64,000 nucleotides of DNA from Trichoplax adhaerens (Eukaryota > Animalia > Placozoa): positions 4,166,759 to 4,230,758 of the forward strand of contig NW_002060948.1 of assembly GCF_000150275.1 (NCBI RefSeq), written 5' to 3'. Position 1 is the first letter of the stretch. Each line of letters opens with the position of its first letter. Position numbers and translations under genes: made by a program. Below are positions 42,593 to 57,613 of this stretch, piece by piece. The notes below the pieces were generated by a model. That model ran no database searches and had not been told where the DNA came from. It saw nothing but the letters and a program-made list of their open reading frames with translations.

Positions 42593-45500
42593 ATGGACAA
42601 ATTTACCGAAAAGACGCCGCAAGGCAATATTCACAACGTCAAAGTAGAAGCCAATCCAAATTATAAACTTAAAAGACTTATCTACAGCCTTTTTGTTGTT
42701 GTCATTTTACTTGGACTAGTAGTTGCAGGTTTAGCAGTATTTGTGGTATTCAACTCTAAAGCTCATGTTCAAAACGACGTTTGCACCACTCAAAATTGCT
42801 ATCAAGCAACCTCTGATATATTGGCGTATATCAACGAATCTGTTGATCCTTGTCATGATTTCTATTCGTATGCCTGCGGTAGATGGCTAGCAAATAATCC
42901 TATCCCTGTCGATCGCCCACGGCATGGAACTTTATATAAGATTATTGACAAGAAGGAAATGATTTTGCGACGACTTCTCGAGCGTACAACAGCTGCAGCA
43001 GCCAATGATGGAGAACGAAAAGCAATCATGTATTTTAAGTCTTGCATGCAAGACATTTTTACACAAACAGAGAGCAGAAAAGATCTTATTGCAATGATAC
43101 GACGATTGGGCGGTTGGAATGTTATTCCAACATTAAAACCAGCCGATATGACAAATTGGGATTATAATTCTGTTATGGCACAACTTTCTGCAAAATATGA
43201 CGTCGATACTTTATTTTCTATTTGGGTTGGCGTGGACTTAAGAAATTCGAATGTTACTATAATTGAGGTAAAGAATAATATTTTTGTTATGATATAAATT
43301 ATTATGCTAAAACTATAATGTAGCATGAAGTGGGTATAAATGCAACTGACTAACCATGAGATATTCATAAATTAGTAAACATCATTCTATGTTCAATTAT
43401 ATTGAAATCGTACGATTGATTATTAGGGTGTTTTCGTCAATTACAAAGTATTAGCATTACTATATTATTAATAGTTGTCGTAAATATCAATTGTACTATA
43501 GAATGTAGCAATAAGCGAACATTTATGGGTAATCATATGAGATCGCTTGATAATAGTACCTTACTTGTTCTGATTGTGGATCGAAAAAATGTGAGCTCAT
43601 CAAAATTTTTTGCGTACAACTGCTATAAAAATATCATTCACTTAGTTTTATCGTCCAGCAACAATGAGTACCACTCAATTCTCCGATTGTAATGCATTTA
43701 ATTCAGGTGAAGGCCTTTGAATTCTTGCTTGAATAGCACGATAATCTAAGCAAAATATGAAATTTAAATTTATTCACCAAACCATGTCATTTACATGTTG
43801 TTTATTAGATTGGCATAAATATATTAATGAATTTATGATTAGAGGAGGATCTCAAAACTGTATATACGAAAGACATATGATTGAATTTTTTAAATATAAT
43901 TTATGCATTCATATGTTCAAAGTCATTATAACGGTTTCTATTAGCAAGCTGGTAAATTTCTAACCTATTTATATTGTCTAATTGAGATACAGATAGACGC
44001 CGTTTCTTCCGTTATTCATTCTGTTTATATCTTCAAAAATTTTCGTTATGACGCAGTGGCATTTTTAAGTCTACAGCTTGGGACGATATCATAATATCAA
44101 TAATTTCTCCATATGTTTATGATTACTCATATTATAATATTATTATTAGTTGCCTTAATTAAGTTAAATAGGATCGTAATTCTTTCAATATTCAAAATGT
44201 AATGGAAATCGATACTGTACAGATGGAGGGAAATATACTGAACTAATACACTTTTCTATTTGTATGATTCATAAACCAGCACAAAGAAATATATGCTGTA
44301 AAAATGAAATGTACAGCAATCAATGAATTGGATTTAAAATATGTAAAATCTTCTTTCTATGTAGACATATGATGTTTAGGGCATTTGCTTGTAGTCAATA
44401 TAAATTTATTAATATTCACTATTTTATTCATAATACAAAAACTAGTATAACATGTAATATGCTGAATCTATTAAATCGGAATTGCTACTAGACAGTAAAG
44501 GTAGTAAAGATAAATTAATTACTATTGCTAGACAGACCACGTCTCCTACATAAATCAAATTTAGCATTTATACTTATAAAATTAATACTATAGTAATTAT
44601 AATCAATTAATATTTAGTAACCTTAATGAATGATAAGCACGAAGTAAAATATTTTTACGCAATCGCATGTATGACTTTATATTTTCAGGAATTTTTGCAA
44701 TTATACTATCTATCATGATTTACACAAATTAAATAGCTATAAGACAGTACGGAAAAGCATCAACGGTTATTTTATTTGGTGAAAGAAACTTTACAGATTC
44801 TTTACAGCTATGTTAATTTCGGATTTAAATATATAGCTTTTTAAGCTATTGGATGTAATGATGAATTGTACTTTACCTTTAGCTGCCATTAAACAATACA
44901 GTATTAAAATTATTACAATTAATTCAGTATCGGTGTATCTGGTACATTTATTTTAATCTTAACCAGTTCATCGAACGTTCGTAACTCTTGTATACTTTTA
45001 TTCTTAGATGACGCAATCTGGACTAAGCTTGCCAAATATTGAATTCTACTTCAAACCGGACGCGCAAGCGGTATGAACTATCTTACAAATTTCAAAACTG
45101 TATGCCTCTAAGATGCAGTACATAATAAAGAATGTGTATTAATTGACGCATTATGGTAGTTCTAATTTCTATCTTTGACGTCTAGAATAATTGAATACTT
45201 ATTCCTATACCATTTAACTGTTATACTAAATTATAGGCAGTACAAGCTCTAATAGAGTATATGACTGATATTGCAATGCATTTGGGAGCTACGGATAGAA
45301 ATAGAACCAGAGAGAAAATGACAGAAGTCTATCGCTTCGAGCAAAACGTTGCTAAGGTAAGAAATATGATAGCAAGTAATCCAGATAAAGAGAAGGATTA
45401 AATTTTCTATATATGATCATAAACGTGATTGGAATAGAAAGGAAATGACTCTAAATACATTTTCTATTTTCCCTCTTTCTGTATAGACACATATTCATAA

Positions 45501-48407
45501 GCTAAATAAAAGAAACGAAACATTGTTCTATAATAAAGTGAATTTAAGCGCTGTAGAAAATGTCTGCCCGGAGGTAAGCTTATAACAGAGATAAAATTTG
45601 ATTTAGACTAGTTACGACATTCAATACGGGTTAAATTTCGGAATTCCTTTTAAATTTATTTCTTCGTAATTGCCACCAACGAGGTCAATTCTAACATTTA
45701 GTAATTCAAAGTACCTTCAAAATTCAATTTACTTTGCTTCGATTTAGTAGCATAAGGGTTTAGCATAGGCTTAAAATATTGCAGTAGATTAACAGAATAC
45801 TTTGGTAATAGAACAGGATATGCACATATTAGTATCTCAATTTTAATGGAAAGCATATACAACTCATTAATATGATAGTCGTATCATACGGGTACTATCA
45901 GGCTTAATTTATTCCATGGCAATAATGCAGAAATTTTTAAAATTGTGATTTATTGCACTATACCAAACATAGAGCTAGCGAACGATCATACTATTCTAGT
46001 TTCTATCATGTCATCAAAGACATACATAGATTGTTTCAGATCATAAAAATTGAGATGCTGTTTCAGTTATAATATACAATAATTGTCAAGTTAAAAGTTA
46101 AATTATAATTAGATCACTTAAGTGAACCATTTCAATTCTTCTGGATAAATTATGTACAAATTTTCAATTTTCATCATCAGTTTGAAATTTACTAAATTAG
46201 TCATCAGTGTTTACTAACTGTATATCATGGTTATCTATGATAAGAATTTTTTCATATATATATTTTCACGTGCGAGTGTATGTAAACAACTTTAGCGGAT
46301 GCTAGCTGGTTTTCGGTGTTGGCGGTGTGATTTAATATTTCCATTTTGTTACTTCTGTAGATTAACTTCAATTCCTATTTGAAATTAATGTTTGGCCGAG
46401 TTATTCCTTACGACGAACCTGTTATAAATTATGCAATGAACTATTTTAAAAGAATGAACGACTTACTCACCAATACAACCAAAGAGTAAGTTCAATATAT
46501 GCAATCTCTAGCTCCGACTAGTATTATTCAATTCGCCATATATTTTATGAACATTACTTGTATACCTGTGGTGTTTTTCATTTTAAAATACGCTTTCTAA
46601 GAATTTCTTTTTTACTGGATCAATTTCTACTCAGGACATTAAATAATTATCTAATTTGGCATTTCGTGAAGACATTTGCACCAGCTGCAGACTCATACCT
46701 TCAAGCAGCTTTTAATAGATATAATCTAGCCATTGGTGGTAGACAAACAACAGGCTCACAGGGACTAATTTGTTCATCTAGGACCGATGCTGCCCTAGGC
46801 ATGGCTGTCGGTGCTATGTTCGTAAAAGATTCCTTTCCAGGTCAAAGTCGCACAACGGTATTTAATAATTGCCTGATATGAAATATTTTATTACTATTAA
46901 TCTATATAGATGTGTTTACATCACATTGTAAATAGTAACGAACATTCGTATAGTTACTGGTTCAACTGTAATATCCATTAATTACTTGTTGTCACACACC
47001 ACTAGGGACAAAGTAAGTCTACACACGCCAATGCTGACGAAAAACGCCTCTTACTAACGTAAAGAGACGAGATTAGCTATATCACTTAACAGTTCAGCTT
47101 CTATGACCGAATACTATTGTATAGTTATATCGTCACTGATAGTGTAGACGTTCTAAAGTTATAGAAATTAATATGAATATTGTTTATTAAAGACTTCATA
47201 TAAGATAATTAAAAATTCCTGTTATCATTAACTAATAGTAAACTAATAAAGAGCTTAGCTCTTAGCACAAATGACAATTCAACACCTTAACAATATAATT
47301 AATTAAACGTAATCAATTATCAAGAACACTAGCAGTGCATTATGATATTAATCGAAGACTAAGCAGGTTACATGAAGAAATGATAATTAATTAATAAAAC
47401 GCCAATTCACACTAACAATATTTAATATTACTTAATAATTACGACAAGCTTACGCATCATAACAATTGTATTTTAATGATTAGGCCATCAAAATGGTAGA
47501 AGATATTCGGAATACATTCATTGCGGAGCTTCCCAACTTATTTTGGATGGATAATCAAACACGATCTGTAGCAGCAGATAAAGCAAGAGCTGTTATAGCA
47601 CAAGTTGGTTATCCGGCATTTATTTTGAATGGCACCAGATTGTCTAATTTCTACGCTAATTTCTCCGTTAATGATAGTTATTATTTTATTAATACTGTTC
47701 GTCGGAGAGCTTATGCTTTACAGCTTAATATAGCTCGTCTTGGCAAACCTTATGATAAAAAAGCATGGATAGCAACTCCATCAACAGTGAATGCATTTTA
47801 CAGCCCACCAAGAAACCGTATCACTATTCCAGGTGGTATCTTACAATCGCCAGTTTATAGTAATGACTACCTACGAGTGTTAAATTATGGTGCAATCGGA
47901 TCTGCTATAGGCCATGAATTTACACATGGCTTCGATAATATAGGCGGCCGTTACGATAAAGATGGTAACTTAAGACAGTGGTGGAGTGATAAAATATTAA
48001 AGAATTTCAACCAAAAATCTCAATGCCTAGTCAATCAATATTCCAATTACACCTACTTTGGTTTAAATCTTCGGGGTTATGCAACTTTAAGTGAAAATAT
48101 TGCTGATAATGGCGGTCTTGGACAATCATATCGAGCCTACCAAAAGTACGTTAAAGCATACGGACCAGAGAAACAACTACCTGGTATTCCACTGACAAAT
48201 GAGCAATTATTCTTTACTGCTTTTGCTCGCGTCTGGTGCACAGCAGATAAGGAATATTATGGTAAACATTATGTTTCGAGCAATGTCCACTCACCACCGA
48301 AATTTCGAGTTTTAGGAACACTTCGTAATTCTGTAGAATTTGCGAATGCTTTCAAATGTCCCCTTGGATCACCTATGAATCCCGTAAAGAAATGTAAAGT
48401 ATGGTAG
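42593..48407 (+). CDS. M13 zinc metallopeptidase (neprilysin/endothelin-converting enzyme-like), copy A, 738 aa, 7 exons
   Basis: Exons 42593-43267, 45008-45070, 45237-45356, 45487-45573, 46361-46485, 46635-46857, 47484-48407 (2217 nt). Type II TM anchor; CTTQNC; VDPCHDFYSYACGRW; VNAFY; HEFTH zinc motif; ENIADNGG; HSP..FRV; C-terminal CKVW. Confidence 0.95.
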
Positions 48408-50605
48408 ACACGCTCTTTTACTCTTATTAATTTTAACGGTTTGATATCTTAACGCAAGCCATTCTCGATCTGCGTTGGATTTTCCCTAGATAACTTTAGT
48501 GTGGATAAAATAAAAATACTGGGTTGATAGTCAGACTTATTATACCTCCTATATGATAATAACGGGTAAATTCTATAGAGCTGATGCTTACATTTGTGTT
48601 GCTATTGATAATAAATCTACTTTCTAAATTGAACCCAATAAGAGCAGTATTTAAAACCATACCATTAAGTATAGAATTTTTTTTATCTACAGTAAAATAA
48701 GACAGTATATTTCTATACTCAATACACTTAAGTTATTTCATTTGTATTATTATAGATTGCTTAATTTTAAAAGATACATTATGTCCTAATTTAACTAATG
48801 AATACTGATTTAACACGTATACGGAATGTAAAACGTTGCTTTATCTATACTAAAGCAGTTTATTAGTCGCTTCATAAACTCCGATTAGATGGATGATCCA
48901 GTTATAAAAATTGTTGTATTATGTATATTATTTTGACCCCATTACCTGATCTTAAAAGTAGCATCGGCGATATTTACTGCCTACTAATTAAGTTAACTTG
49001 CTACTAGATCGGAACAATCCTATATTTGCAAACTGTGGAATTATAATAAACACTGGCAAAAGTACACTATGTCAGCATAGATATAAATGAGAATGCATTA
49101 TTCACGCTGTATAAGAAGTTAAACATCTTGCTGTAGTTGCAATTATTTAAGTTTATTAATAATTATAGGCTTAAAATAGAATGAACAAAGACAAAAAAAA
49201 TTGTTACATCATAAGAGGATGCTACATCATAGTCTGCGAAATAAATTTGATCTGCTAAAATAGAGATTTAGCAATTGCATCAACCAAATTTTTACTTTAT
49301 GAGGAATTAAAATATATTTTAGAATTGTATCAGTGTTAAAATTATTTCTTTTATTAATTAAGTGATAGTGAAGTTACATTTTAAAGAAATTTTTCGCAAA
49401 ATTGATCCTGTAGTAACGGTTGTTTCGGATGCTAAAGTCGAAAATTGTTTGGTAGCCTAGATTTAGTGAAATGTAACAACTGACTGACACTTAGAGATTG
49501 TGAATCACTTGAGATATAGATTTTTTATGGCATTAGTAAACTTACATCGAAAAAATGTATATGCGATTAATTAGTAAACTCCATTGATATCAGTAATACG
49601 AAAATTAATTTCAGCTCGTTATTTTTGCAGTTTATTATTGCCTTGAAGCCATGTTCTACATAGCAAGTTTCGTTTCATACATTGAAATTGATCATTTATT
49701 GCTTATTCGAGTACTTTATGAAATATTAGCTTAGATCTCCCTTAGAAGAGTACGACTTAGTGTACCTTAAACCAAATTAGGAAGAATTTATAAATATAAA
49801 TACAAATTCATGCATGAGAGAGTGCGATTTGATGACTCCAAACGGATAGCATTTTAGCTTTCTACTTCATTGTTAAGTAATTCAATAAATTATCTTAGTT
49901 ATATTTCTGATTAGGATTATTCGATCAATACTGATTGCATTTCTTCAGAATCTTCATTGCTGTTATCGTGCGGACACTCCATAACTTTCGTAAAATAGTT
50001 TGATGGAGAACAGGTCATAAAGAACTAAATGCAGGCTTTTGTAGGTACTTCCTATCTAAGTTATACTATTTCTCCTATAATTATTTTTTGAACAAAGTAA
50101 TTATGCCGCTAAACTAATATTGACATTCACTAATGACTTTTCATGAAATTCGATAGCTTATAGCTTGCAATATAATTTTGCATAAGAAAGATTTCTATTG
50201 TAACAGTTATGACTGCAGAAAAAGTATATTATGATTGAAGTAAACATTTTGTAAGTGATTAATCTTTCACTGGAGAATAATTACTATATACTGCTTCTTT
50301 TATCTTAGACATTATCATATAGATTATAAATTAGATTATAGAGGTTATAATAGCAAATGGAATCTTTATGATAATGTTAAAACTAAAACATTTGTCAAGG
50401 ACGTCGTAAGATACTGCGAAAAATTTATCGCCTAGATAGTATAAAATTAAAGGCGTCGCTTAATACGGGAATTTACAGTGATTAATGCGGTCTACGCTTA
50501 GTCTATTCATAGATAGAATCGAAATATCCGTTATTCTAAGTTTGAAGAAATGAAGCCCTTACATATTACTAAGATACTTGAAGACTGTCTGATCCACAGC
50601 TATTA

Positions 50606-50858
50606 AAGATGGAGAGGCGGATATAATTGTTGTTGCCTTGACGTTGCAGTACTTATTTGCTACAATATGGTTTGTTCTACGTAATTGCTGAATCATGATA
50701 TACAGTGATATAATGCCACAAATACTTATAAATTGAAGATGGAGAGGCGGATACAATTGTTACCTTGACATTGCAGTACTTATTTACTGCGATATAGTTT
50801 TATTTACGTAATTGTTAAATCATGTCATACAATGATATCATGAGATAAACACTTATAA
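50606..50858. repeat. Diverged ~130-bp tandem duplication upstream of M13 copy B
   Basis: Unit aagatggagaggcggata.aattgtt..ccttgac.ttgcagtacttattt...tacgtaattg...aatcatg...acttataa starts at 50606 and 50736. Confidence 0.85.
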
Positions 50859-51710
50859 TATTCCATCTACTCAGCCATGGCATTACTTAAAGTGGCTTAT
50901 CAAGAGATAATAATAGGGAAACTGGAGGCATGGCATGGAATATTTCAATATTAAAATATTACGCGATAATTCTTTACCATCAAGGAAAAGTTTTCTCCTC
51001 TATCTTTCCATCTGTCTCTTTTATAAATGATCTAAAAATGCTGAAAAATCAAACTTAAGTACTCTAGATGTTAGATTAATAGGCGTTGGTATGAAGCATA
51101 TGAGGTTTTATAAACAATTTCGCGTTGATTAAAGGATAATGAAGTTGTAAGCTTAAATGCATAAGGCTGCAGCAATGTTTACACGTATTAATTAAGTTTA
51201 TTAATATATATTGGCTAAATTTACTTTGCAAAAGAATAGGAAGTGAGGGTTAAATACCATAATATATTCATAAACTAAAAATTATGACGTAAATCGAACC
51301 GTGTTTTAGAAAGCGAAGTAGCAATTTATTCGATTAAAGTACAAAATTCATGGAAAACTTCTATTTGCTTTAAATGAGGCTACCCGTACCAGGCGTATTT
51401 AACCACGTGTATATTAAAAGCAAACGTATAGCCCAATCATTTTCTTTAATTTCTTTGAAAGACTCTAATGTAAACAGCGTTTATGTAAGCATAATTATTT
51501 TAAATCATTAAGACTCTATTGTATCATTTATAAATTCAGATTAAATTTAAATTACCATATATTTCTTCTATATAGTAGTAGAATATGAATTGCCGAGATT
51601 TTTTAACACTTCTCCAGTATTAATTCTTAACGACGGCGTGGTAGCCAGGGCCGTGAAGTTTTCGCATTTAGCACTAATTGTTGCGATATTAATACGCTAT
51701 TGAAAAAGAT

Positions 51711-54700
51711 ATGTCTTCCAAACGAGAATTAGGAGAAAATTTTGAAGGAGTACAACAATCGAAAGTTCGAGTCGTCAAAGGTGTTCAAGATCGTACACTA
51801 GTTATTTTCTTGTTCGTCTTGGTATTATTGCTTGCTATTGGACTTGTTGTGGCTATAGTTGTCATCAAAGGTCATACAAGGACTATCTATGTCTACAATA
51901 ACACTGCTACTACTAGCAATGTCTGCACTACTTCCAGTTGTTATGCTACGTCATCTGAAATCTTAGGCACCCTTAATACATCCGTTAATCCGTGTGAAAA
52001 TTTTTACGAATATGCTTGTGGTGGCTGGCTTTCTAAAAATGACATTCCTGACGATCGATCTACCTACAACACATTTACTACCGTTTCGGTGAAAAATGAG
52101 AAAGTCATGAGAAGAGTCTTTAATGTTAACTATAAAAATCAATCTGGTGTAGGTGAACAGAAAGCCATCAAATATTATCATTCCTGTTTTAATGATCTTT
52201 ATACCGAGAATAGAAGCCGCATTGATTTAATGAACATGATTAAAGACCTAGGCGGATGGAGTGTTGTACCAAGCATCATGCCAGTCAATTTAAATACTTG
52301 GCAATATAATCCAGTTTTAGCTAAAATCTCAGCCAAATATGATGTCAATCCTCTTTTCAATGTCTGGGTTGGTTCAGACTTAAGAGATTCTAAGAAAACT
52401 GTTATTACGGTCAGTGTAATATTTATGATGATTACTTTCAAAAGTTAAACATATTACCTTTAATACTGTCTTGCAATCAGATTTTTTAAATTGGTGATTT
52501 CAATAAAGATCCCTGGTGGTGTCTTTGTGAATAATATTAGATTAGATATTAACTACTTAGGGGGGGGGGGAATCTTGGCTGGAAAAATTAGAATTGCGTA
52601 GTTTTTAGATTCAAATTAGCTAGGCTGTTTGAAATTAACTGCTCCTCGTATATTTGTATTTTATGCTACTAAAGTGTACTTTCATTCACGTACGGTATCG
52701 CATCTTCGCAATGGTTGGATAATAGTATAGCCTATATCAAATTACATTCGGTATTTTGTGACTCAAAGTCCTCGTCCTGCTAGCTTTGATTGCCCGTACT
52801 CTTTGTTCGAAGTTTAAGGCGTTTCTAGCATATTTATTTGCACAAGCCGTAGATTAGGCCTTGCCATTACGATGCTTTGGGATAACAAGATCAACAATAG
52901 TAAAACTGCAAAGTAGTCAGCAGCTAACATGTTTTATTTAAGGGAATAAAAATGGGCTATAGAAATTGATGTTAGCAGTGATTTATTGGTAATACTTTCG
53001 GTATTCGATCTCTTATAAATGTTAAATACTTTTGATATTTCTTACTTATTTTCAACATTAATGATAATAAACAAATACTACCGTACAACAAGAATTGATA
53101 ATAAAAGAATGGATTGATTGGAATGAGTAAAGGTTATAGTGGAAGGAGATGGGTTCTTTCTGCACTGTATTAATCCATTCTCAATTATACTGCCCCGTGC
53201 TATTTACAAATTAATGCGGAAAACGATTATTAAATCTCTGTAGAGAATTAGCTGATTTAATAGGAATATGACTCTTATTTACAATTTTGATATTTAGGTT
53301 CTGTAAATACTAGAAAATTTTGTACGGTCTAAAATTTCGTTATCATGAATTAATGTTAAGAAGTACGACGAGAAGGATAGTTTAAAGCTCCTATAATTAC
53401 TAAAATTAAAAGCATGATACAGAATACCTATTAGAATATAGATTACTTAAAATACTATCCTACTGTACTACAAAAAATTTAAATTGGAACCGATCTTGTT
53501 ATCAGAATGGATAATGAGGTTATGATAGTTATGTCGTATATTAAATACAAGCCAGTATAAACCCGACGTAGCTGCATGTACAGTACATAGATTGTTCTAT
53601 TTTTCTAGATTTAATGCTTTAAGCAGAAAGCATTCGATTTGAGTGGCATAAATTCATTCAACAATAATTACATTTAATTCTAAGAAAAAAAATAGTCTTT
53701 AAGGTAGACTAATAATTCTAAATTTTAATACGATACTAGGTATTAATTTATTCCCTATGCAACTTGCATGATTATTCAAGTTAATTTTAAAAACCAATAC
53801 TGAAGCTAAACAATTGCCATTGAGCTAGTTTCATGTTTTTCAAAATTGTTTCTGTGATATTTGTTGGCTAGCATTCGAGTGAAATAACGTTAGCATCTCT
53901 ATCGAAGTTATTGATTAAATTCTACTTATTTAATAGACGACACAAGGTGGCCTTACTCTTCCAGGAGTCCGATATTATACAGTCAATGAGACACATTTTG
54001 TAAGAAGAAATAATTGCAACTACATCTGAGTAGTGATACCATACTAATGTAAATTGCACTAAGTCAGCTACTATCGAATAATGTTCAATGACAGATAAAT
54101 ATTTGATGTACTTAGGCCGTCGTTGCATTTATTGAGTATATGACTGATATTGCTATGATAATGGGAGCAACAAATAGAACTGCAACCAGAGCTAAAATGG
54201 TGGATGTTTATCGCTTTGAGAAAAAAATCGCCAGAGTAAGTATAAGCTTAAAAAGGGTGATTTCAATTTTAGCAAATCAAAGAATGAAATGCTATAAAAT
54301 GCATATCTTCTTGTATCATATTTTAATTAAATCAAAGTATACTTTTTGATACATCAGATATCCATTTAGTGCTGTAATATTTCTTTCCAAGTTAAAATTA
54401 TCGGTTGAGACTCATGATTGATATGCCTTTTCGAATTTAGGCTTTCGTTCATAATTTGAATAAGAGAAATGAAAGAGCGGATTATTTTAAATCAAGCATT
54501 TCCGGAATGAAAGCTGCTTGCCCTGCAGTAAGTTTTATTATTAAAGTAGATAAATAATTTCAGGTAGAAAGAACAAATATAAGGACAAAACTAATCATTG
54601 ATATTTGATACGCCAGATTGATTTTAGCTTGTACATGAATACACTCTTTAATAAAACATTTCAAAATAGTGAACCAATCGTCAATTACGCCATGCCTTAT

Positions 54701-56173
54701 TTTGGTAGAATGAGCGCAATTGTGGCCAATACCTCGAGCGAGTAAGAGTTTCACTAAATTATGTAGTCGACAGAGTCTTAAGCATTGCAGTCCTCGTGTT
54801 TTAGGAGATAGTGTTAACAAATAGAATCAGTTTCAGAGTTACGGTAGAAATTTTACTGAACTATATGCTACATTGACTAATTTCAGAACAATGAACAATT
54901 ATTTGATTTGGCAATTTGTGCATACTTTCGCATCTGCTGGTGATTCCATGTTGCAAGCAGCATACCAAAGGTATCGCAATGCTCTTTATACGGCAAGTGC
55001 ACCAGCTCCTTTATGGAGAACATGCGCTTATAGAGCGAATTCTGCTCTTGGTATGGCTGTTGGAGCTATGTTTGTACGTCAAGCATTTGCCGGGGAAAGT
55101 CGTATAACGGTTAGTAGGACATTTATAGAATAACGCTATGTTAAGAAGGGCCTCTCTACCCCTAATATTTGATTTAAATTGATAGCTAATCGCCTAAATT
55201 GTTTTATGTTTATCAACGGTTCAATATCTATGTGATATCATATTGATAGGCTAAGAAGATGATTGAAGATCTTCGCTCTGAATTTATTAAAAGTCTGCCT
55301 ACGATAGCTTGGATGAATGATGCGACGCGCAAAGTTGCTGCCGATAAAGCGAAGGCAATTTTAGAGTTGATCGGTTATCCAGATTTCATCCTTGATAAAG
55401 CTCAGTTGGCTCAATTCTATTCTAACTTTCCTGTGAATGAGAGCTATTACTTTATTAATGTTATCAACAGGAGGAAATACTCATTAGCTACTAACTTAGC
55501 TCAGTTAGGAAAGCCATTTGATAGATCGCTATGGTCAACTACGCCTGCTATTGTCAATGCATTTTATAGCTCAACGAAAAACCAAATTGTGTTTCCCGCC
55601 GGTATTTTGCAGTCCCCATTCTATAATAAAAATTATCCTAAAGCATTAAACTACGGTGCAATCGGATCTGTCATTGGGCATGAAATTACTCATGGATTCG
55701 ATAATAATGGCCGTCGTTTTAATAAAGACGGTGAACTAGTTCAATGGTGGGATAATGGTACCATCGCTAACTTCAATTCAAGAGCTAAATGTTTTATTGA
55801 TCAGTATGCTAAATTTCGGTACTTTGGCTTGCCGGTCAATGGCAATCAAACTTTGGGAGAAAATATTGCCGATAACGGTGGAATGGGTCAAGCTTTTCGT
55901 GCATATCAAACTTATGTTGCAAATAATGGCCCGGAACCACGTCTACCTGGTGTTCCATTGACCAATGAGCAATTGTTTTTCGTTTCATTCGCTCGTAATT
56001 GGTGTGGAAAAGATACCTTTCGCTATGGACTTAGTCTTCTTTTGACAGATTCTCATTCTCCCAAAATATTCAGAGTAATAGGAACATTACGTAATTCCGC
56101 AGATTTCTCCAAAGCGTTCAATTGTCCAGTAGGATCTCCTATGAACCCTGCTCAAAAGTGCAGTGTTTGGTAA
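51711..56173 (+). CDS. M13 zinc metallopeptidase (neprilysin/ECE-like), copy B, 746 aa, 7 exons
   Basis: Exons 51711-52409, 53937-53999, 54116-54235, 54441-54527, 54617-54741, 54887-55109, 55250-56173 (2241 nt); exon 2-7 sizes 63/120/87/125/223/924 are identical to copy A. Motifs VNAFY, NQIVFPAGILQ, HEITH, ENIADNGG, CSVW. Confidence 0.95.
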
Positions 56174-57613
56174 TTTAAATTTTACATTAATTCACCCATG
56201 CAACTATTGCATCGGCTTTTAATCCATCGCTTTGCTCTGTTTGCGTTATAATGTTAGTAAATATAAACTAAATGTAATTTTGAGAATTAAGAAATAAATT
56301 AGCAGATTTGTAAAAGTTTCCATGTGCTACGTATGCTATTATAAAATTGCCTCGAATAATAATTATCGTTCAAACTAATCCTTCATATGTTGCTAAATCG
56401 TAAACGACATCATACCAACTTCTCTTGAATAGCATCGGCATCGTACTATACTATGGAAAGTTTTAGAAATCGTCACATCTTCTAGACTAAATATAGGTTT
56501 AATACCAGTTTGATGCTACGAAAGGCTAATATAATAAAAGTTTACATTACAGGGATTAAGTGGCTCAGTTGCCGAATATATGAGTACTGATACTCTACCT
56601 TCAACGTACATAATACGAAAGTAAACGGAATCTCATGTTATGGTCATGAGACTATTGCATGATCGCATTGTTGATTACCTTTTGCATAGTCAATTTAGAA
56701 GAAAGTAATTCTGTTTATTATATTAATATATGCTTAGTCCTATTGTATTAATGATGAATTTGATGAATTGATCGTCGAACCTTGCAACAACCAACAGTAA
56801 TCAGTACAGTCAGTACACAGTATACTCGTATACGCAGTGTATTTGATGCAAATATAGTTGCTATGTCTATCTCTACCCAGAAGGGATTGATGAACAGTTG
56901 AAAAAAGCAGAAAGTTTACTACGGATTATTATTATGCTGTCAAATTTAGGTTGCGTATTGCAAGTCACTACATGATATGATTCTAAGTGCTAGCTAATGC
57001 TGTCATGAGATTTTGATATACGAGTGTGGGATAAATTAATGCAAACGGGATAGTCGAAATCTACCATAAACTACTACAGCTTGTAATAATAGGAATGATC
57101 GATAGAAAAGGGCGTAGCTTTTTGAAGCACTATATTGCAATCACAGCATAAGTTCTTACTAATAATAAAGACCAATGGTATCGGTTTTAACTTAATTTAG
57201 AACATAGAGAAATCGTCAATAAAGTTTACTGTAATTTACCCTATATGATGGCTAGGTATGTTTATTATTAACTCAAGCCAAGATTTCAAGCTAATTTAAT
57301 TGTTAAAACAGTGATCATCGGTACCAGGTTGCTGAATGCTGGATAATTATAATGAACTAGATAACATTATCCAATCATCTTCTTTGCTATTGTTATGCTG
57401 TATAATAATAGATTGATGGACTAGTGGCTATTGTTATCGAGTTTATAGGAGAGGGAAATTATTAGCGTTTACTTATGGGGATTGGGTTGGGTTAAAGATA
57501 TCATTAATTGACTATAGTACTGCCGATCATTGCTAGTTTACTGGACAGGCAGTAAACCAGATCGAAGTTACTTAAAAAGCTAACATTGCTTTCCAGATTC
57601 TGCTGTAGACATT

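Noticed and set aside
52560-52570. G11 homopolymer in M13 copy B intron 1
   Set aside because: Isolated mononucleotide run with no further structure.
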